Positions 58,097 through 64,000 of a DNA stretch of 64,000 nucleotides are shown one piece after another (positions within the stretch are counted from its first letter, which is position 1; each line of letters starts with the position of its first letter). Both the position numbers and the translations under genes were made by a program. The notes under the pieces were generated by a model. It saw only the letters and a program-made list of their open reading frames with translations, did not search any database and had not been told where the DNA came from. Source of the stretch: Zygnema circumcarinatum SAG 698-1b (Eukaryota; Plantae; Zygnematophyceae); contig CM074817.1 of NCBI GenBank assembly GCA_037447605.1, positions 1,674,001-1,738,000 of the forward strand, written 5' to 3'.

Positions 58097-61000
58097 ATGG
58101 CGGTGCTGAGAGTGGCCCTGAGCGCTCTCCTCTTATGGAGGATGTGCGGACTTGTGAGAGGAGGGAGAGGTTTGGGCGAGGTTCGGGGTCCCGAGGGAGG
58201 GGCGGGGCCCTGCCAGTCCGCGGGGATGGCGGGCCCGCCCTCCGGCACTCCTCGCATGCCCTCCTCCTGGTGGTCCAATGACCTTCATGACGCCGCTCAG
58301 GCAAGTTCTTATCCCTCTCCCTCTCCCTCTCTCTCTCCCTCTCTCTTTCCCTCTCTCCCACTCCCAACATGCGGGGACGCTCGGGAATTTAGGACTGAGA
58401 AGATTTTGGTTTCCCTGCATTCATATGGCAGGTGCAACTGCGCTCCAAGTGGATGACGTGGGTTCGGCCACGTGACGGGGAATTGTCGCTCAGTCTGGCA
58501 GCCGTCAGCACGGAACTGCCGCCTGTAACGGAGTTCTTTGTGGTTAAGAGAGCAAGGAACGGCCTTCTTGGCCTTAAAGATTCAAATGGGAGGTGGGTTT
58601 CGCGGAACTTCAGCGGAGACGTCTTCCTTAGCGCCAAAGCGGAAGAAGGCGCCGCCATGTTTCGCGTCAAACAGGTCATTATTTTACCCTTCATTTCATC
58701 TAAGTTTTATTCAAATTAAATGTACAACTCTTTTTTAATTATTTTTCTTCTTTTCTGTTAAATTTCATGCTATTTGTGGTCTGAGGGAGACCTTGTCGGA
58801 TACTTTTTGACAGGGAGGAATGAACCAGATTCAACTCCAAGGACCCCAAGGGATGTGGCTTAGTGTGAACAGTAACGGAGAACTATCGTGGGCCAAAGCG
58901 GCGGGAGAGAGCGAAACTTTTGATGTGAGAGAGGTGATGGAGGTAGCAGCCGTGAGGGGAGTGAATCTGGGAGGATGGCTTGTGGTAGAGGGATGGATGA
59001 AGATGGCTCTTTTTGAAGGAGTTCCGGAGTTGGTGGACGGAGCGGCCGTACAGATAAGGAGTGCTGCAAAGGGATGCTATGCCTCTGCAGAGTGGGGGGG
59101 AGGAGCACGGGTGACCTGCGTAGAGAGAGAGTCTCCCACTGCTTGGGAAACTTTTAGGTGCGTGTGAAACCTTTTGTTTTTGGAACTGCTGGCGGGTTTT
59201 TCCTCATTCAAAGAAGCTCTTTTTTTTTTTTTTGGGGTTTTTTTTAAGTGTAATTGAAAGGTAAGGTTTTTTTTTAGTATTCTGGTTGTTTGATGTAATG
59301 TGCAAGTTTTTTTCTGCAGATTAAGGAGAGAAGGCCCGGATTCCGCACAGGGAGGAGTGCAGCTGCGATCGCATTACGAGTGGTTTTGTTCGGCCGCTAA
59401 TGAGAGCAGAAAGTCACTCCTGCAAGCGGACGTGTGGAGTGAACCTCCCTCCTCGAGTTCGGCAACTTTTAAGATTTTGGAGCATCCTGAAGTTCCCCAT
59501 TTGGTGCTATTGCAGGTATTGCACAATGCACGTTACAGGAGAAGGAGAGACTTTGTTTTATGTCGGTTTTAGGGATGCATTCAACCGGTTGAACGGTCTA
59601 GATACGTCTTCTAGTATAAATAAGTACTGGATGTACAAAAAAAAAGGAAATTTAAGTAATTTAAGTATGTAATTCTAAGTATTGTGTGTCGAGAGATGGA
59701 GCATGCAGGCACAGAATGGAAAATATTTGGAAGTGGCAGACAACGGAGAACTAGCGTTCACGTGCATAGAACCAGCGTGGGACGGACCGTGCGCTTTCCG
59801 TTTAACGGTGTCCGACGGTCTACATGGAGAGTGGCAGTTGGCGGCCGGCCTGGGACGAGAGAGAGCAAGGGAGAGGCTGGAGGAGCATAGAGCTGCCTTT
59901 GTGAAGGAGAGCGATTTTAAGTATTTAGCAGAACAGGGAATTAACTTGGCGAGGATTCCCGTGGGATATTGGATAACTCAGGCAAGAAATTCCAAACATA
60001 TTCGTACTTATGTGCCCTTATAATTCTTTTTTGTTGTTTAGTTTCTAGCAAATTTAAAAAAAAAAAAAACTAAACTAAACTAAACTGTTGGCGTTTTATT
60101 TGCAGGGAGAGGAGACGGATGGTATGTATGTGCCCGGAGGGCTCAAGTTTTTGGACTTGGCATTTGAATGGGGGGCCAAATATGGCATCAGGATTATGAT
60201 AGACCTGCATGGAGCCCCAGGGTCACAGGTGAGGCCAAAAACACCTTTCTTTGCACTTGTTTCCGTTTTGAACTTGTAGAGAATAGCATTTAAGAAGACC
60301 CCAGATGCCGAAAATTTGAGTTCTGGAGATTGGATTGCATCTCCCTTGTTTGTTAAGTCCCCCATATCTGAATCTGCTCAACCTGCTCATGGTTCTCTGC
60401 GCAGAATGGGCTGCAAGAGACCGGAAGTAGAGACGGAATTCCAGCTTTTGCAAGGCCTGGAACGGAAAATATTCCTCGAGCATTAGATGCGATTGAATTT
60501 TTGGCAGAGCGGTATTCGAGGCACCCCTCTTTCTTCGCCATAGAACTGCTGAACGAGCCTTCAGCATTTACCACCCCCCTGGACGTCATGTCACAGGTCA
60601 CATTTCTCCCAGTGCTGAAGAAGCTCTAAACAGGCTAAAACTCTACTTGCTTTCTGGTCATTTTTTTCTCAATCAGTTGGAATGCCTCGTGAGTATTGGG
60701 GTTTGGCAGAAATATAGGCTTTTCTTGACGACTCCTTTCTTTCGTTTGGCTTTCTTCAAAGGATTGAATTTCTTTTGAGGATATGAAGGGAAAGGGGAGG
60801 AGTAAAGGAGGGGCATTACAACTAGCATCTGACTTGCGACCCCTGTAATTTGCAGTACTATGAAGAAGGATATCGTCGAGTTCGAAAACACTCCTCGTGT
60901 GCATATGTGGTTACAAGCTCCCGTTGGATGAGTACAGACGATGAACTCAAGGTGAGTAACAGCATGTCAAGATCAAGGGCTTCTTCAATTAGTGCAAACA

Positions 61001-61734
61001 CACTGTCCAATCCGTCGCAGGTGTGCTTGAGCTCTCAAGCGAATAAGTAAGTAAGTCGATTGAAAACAGACATAGGCTAAGCTTCATGCTCGGGCCTCAG
61101 TCGACCATTTTGTCAAACAAGGCGCATGAGAAATGCAAGCCTGAACTAAAAGAGGTTCAGAGTTCCCCTGTTTTCCTTCCGAGCGCAGGACATATTGTAC
61201 GGGCCCGACTACACAAACGTGATCATGGACGTGCACTGGTACAGCTTCTGGATGACAGACAAAAGCGTGGACGAAATACTGAACATTTGGCGTAATGAAA
61301 AAGCCGCGTACCTTGATTACCTCAGCGAGGCACGTGCCCTAAACATCGTCACTTCTAGGCCTAATTCCATTAAGCAATTCCATTCCTAATCTCCATTAAG
61401 CAGTCACTGCGCCAACATTCACTGTTTGACATTAGGACTTTGTTGTCTGTTGAGTGCGCAGAATGGGCGTCTGGTTTTCGTGGGAGAATGGTCGGCCGGG
61501 CTGCCCACGAACTACTTCGTCTCTGATAGCGATCACAGAAAGTTTGCAGCTTTGCAGCTGGAAGTGTATGGGAAGCATGCAAGAGCAGGATGGGCCTTTT
61601 GGTCCTTCAAGCTGGAGGGGCAAATGTCGCCATGGAGCTTCCAGGACTCCCGGGGGACAGGATGGCTACCTTTTCAGGAGGTGGATGGGAAGATTTGGGG
61701 CACAGGGAGTAGGGTTGGGGTTGCTGCAACATAG
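58097..61734 (+). CDS. GH5 exo-1,3-beta-glucanase (plant type with fascin-like insertion) with an additional N-terminal fascin-like module
   Basis: Signal-like MAVLRVALSALLLW; VRGVNLGGWLVVEGWM, GINLARIPVGYW, IDLHGAPGSQ|NG, acid/base IELLNEP, MDVHWY, nucleophile FVGEWS, GWAFWSFK; stop 61734. Confidence 0.9.
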
Positions 61735-62368
61735 AATTGGGTCTCCACCAAAAAGTTTTTTAAATGTATAGAAAAAAACATTTTGGGCTATGAGGAGTAG
61801 GAAGGACAATCTTTTAGAGGAAAAAACATAGAACGGTTTAGTTTTTGGAAATTTTAAATATATCACGTTCGATACAGTGATGGGTTTATTCAATACCCTC
61901 ATATTGACTGTGGCCGACTTTATTTTAATTGAAATTAGCTTTTAAAGCACCGAGAACCCAAATCATCAAAAGGGAGAAATGGGCAGTTTTGCCGAGACCG
62001 CCGCACATGCTTTTGAAGCTTCTTTTTGTTCGAACAAAGGAATAACATTTCAATTGCTTTCATACTTAAATAAAAAAGAGCGAGTCACAATAGTAAGGAA
62101 GGGCTCCAGCAGAGGCAGAGAAGGGAAATGATCGCCACTGAAACTTGAATTAGACTTTCCAAAAAGAGGCCCTCGTTTGATTAGCGGGGGCCAATTTTCA
62201 GATGCTGCAATAAGGAAAGAACACGAGAAAAAGAAGGGAAGAGTGTTGGAAAGGTCTACCTCCTTGATACATAGGGACAATATGAAGTTACGCAAACGGT
62301 GGAAGAACATATTGAGAATATGAGTAAACGCTAGCAGGAAGAGGTAGTCTAGTCACTCTTTCTTTCTT

Positions 62369-62399
<31 letters not shown>

Positions 62400-62437
62400 C
62401 TCTTCTCTTCTCTTCCCTAGAAATTTGTATGCCATAC

Positions 62438-64000
62438 TCACGTGTTGCTCTTAGATTCCATGGCCTGAAGATGATTGTTCAGCTCCTCCAGTTTGGTCAT
62501 CCGCATGCGTTCACTCTCAGTCACAATCTGCAAGCAGCCCTCCCAGGAATCTCCACCAGACCACTTTCACAATGAGAACCACCGTCACATGCGTACATTC
62601 ACTACGCACATCTCGGTTTGGCTGGTTAACATGGAACACACATGGAGCGAACATACCAGCCTTGCAACATAGCGATATACTTAAAGACGCCCAAGACAGT
62701 TTGACGAAACCCTTTTTCTTTTTCTTTTTTTTAGTTGTTTTTTTTTTTTTGCACAGCCTCTGCTATCTGCGCAGACATAAGGCTTTCACGTGCTGGGCTG
62801 TCAATTGCTGCCCTGCTATCTTCTCAGCAACTTATGAGATCATTCTAGTTTATTCTTAAGAGAACATTGGCAACATTACTCAATGAATAACATATCGCAA
62901 TCTGCTCACCTCGAATAGCCTTCCCACAAGCGCTGTCTTTTGTGCGCTCTTCTCATTGTACACCGTTACTGCATTCTTTAATTCTTTTTCCTGCAAAGAC
63001 ACAGAGTCAATGCATCCACCTCACAATTAATACCTTATCACTCGAACTCTGCAAGAAAAAAGTACTTTCACAAACAAAAGTCTTCCCTCCCTGCTCCCCT
63101 ACCACTTGCTACTAAGTGTCAACTATCCTTAAATGTCATAACACAATCGTTAAATCTGATAACGCAGATCGCCCTTTACTAACCTCTCCAAGCTCACCTT
63201 CCTGTCGCAGAGCAGCTTCATCGGCCGCAGCTCACGATCGACAAGCTCAATAGCCTTCCGTAGGTCTGCTACTTCCTTCCTAGTGGGATCCTCCAAAGCA
63301 TCGAGCTCCTGTTCACAGCGACCAGCTCCCTTTCATGAATTCTCCCTCCTCGAGTTCAAGAACAGGACTTTGTTTTGCGAGACTGTGAATTAGTTCTCTT
63401 TGGGACGCTGTAGGTCCTTTCTATGGCAGTATATGACTGCTTATCTTGAAGACAAACTCCAGAACTGCTTGAAATTTGAAGTGATTAGAAACACCTTCTA
63501 GAATTCGAGAACATCCATGCGCAAGTGGCTTTACACGACACCACAAACTTACTGCTCGTGGAAAGTGACTCCTCTTACGGCAACGCCAACCTGGAAAAGC
63601 CTCGTTTGACTTGGCCGACAAGCACATTAGGACCCTATCATGGCGTGCTGATCCTAGTGCGTCTGACATTAGTTTTCCTAGTGGCTCGAAATATTGGGTC
63701 TTGAAAGTTGCAAATGGACCGGTTATTCCTAATGTGCTTTAGACGATTATCACAGTAGGTTATACGCTAATATTCTGGTGCATTACCACAGCAGCTTCAC
63801 CAGCCATCTGCAAGCTTCGACATGGAAAAACGCATTAGGCATTACCCGTCGTAGCTCATCTAGCCGGCGGGCCTCTTGTTCCACCCGATTCACTTGTGCC
63901 CTAACGCGCTGAGTCACCTCCTGCTTTCGCTTGTTAATCTCCTTCTCTGTGATCAAAATTCTTTTCTCCCTCGTTTTAAGTTCCTCCTCCTTCCCCGAGT
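62438..64000 (-). CDS. RAB6-interacting golgin-like coiled-coil protein (GORAB/PF04949-like), 5'-partial
   Basis: Exons EINKRKQEVTQRVRAQVNRVEQEARRLDELRR | ELDALEDPTRKEVADLRKAIELVDRELRPM | EKELKNA...YNEKS | IVTESERMRMTKLEEL. The last codons may splice on at a GTGAGT donor. Confidence 0.8.

Noticed and set aside
57582-58370. 262-aa Arg/Glu-rich minus-strand ORF
   Set aside because: Reverse reading of the CT-rich GH5 leader and GC-rich promoter.

Overview
Gene-dense, intron-rich eukaryotic nuclear DNA from a green plant lineage. Gene content and style suggest a streptophyte alga, possibly Zygnematophyceae-like (inference). I reconstructed 13 spliced genes by hand, in order: class I/II aminotransferase (5'-partial), SUMO E3 ligase SIZ1, plastid GPAT (ATS1), RuvBL1, a CASTOR/POLLUX/DMI1 ion channel, a single-lobe transferrin-like protein, a C2H2 zinc-finger protein, a membrane-anchored GH9 endoglucanase, a DEG14/HtrA2-like protease, a secreted PAN/Apple + root-cap-domain protein, a WD40 protein, a fascin-containing GH5 exo-1,3-beta-glucanase, and a RAB6-interacting golgin (5'-partial). 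The most unusual stretch is 19-29 kb. There a symbiosis-pathway channel with the DMI1-type ADAGNHA filter sits head-to-head with a probably GPI-anchored transferrin-like protein that has lost most iron and carbonate ligands. Their shared intergenic region holds a two-exon PARP1 gene fragment and an exactly 16-bp-phased CAACCATTGG array. Also notable: a ~1.3 kb block-structured array of telomere-variant heptamers, five GC-AG introns, an 11-nt micro-exon, dense promoter motif clusters, and a three-copy dispersed repeat. No rRNA, tRNA, CRISPR array or transposase was recognised. Exon boundaries and family assignments come from manual reading and remembered family motifs, not database searches.
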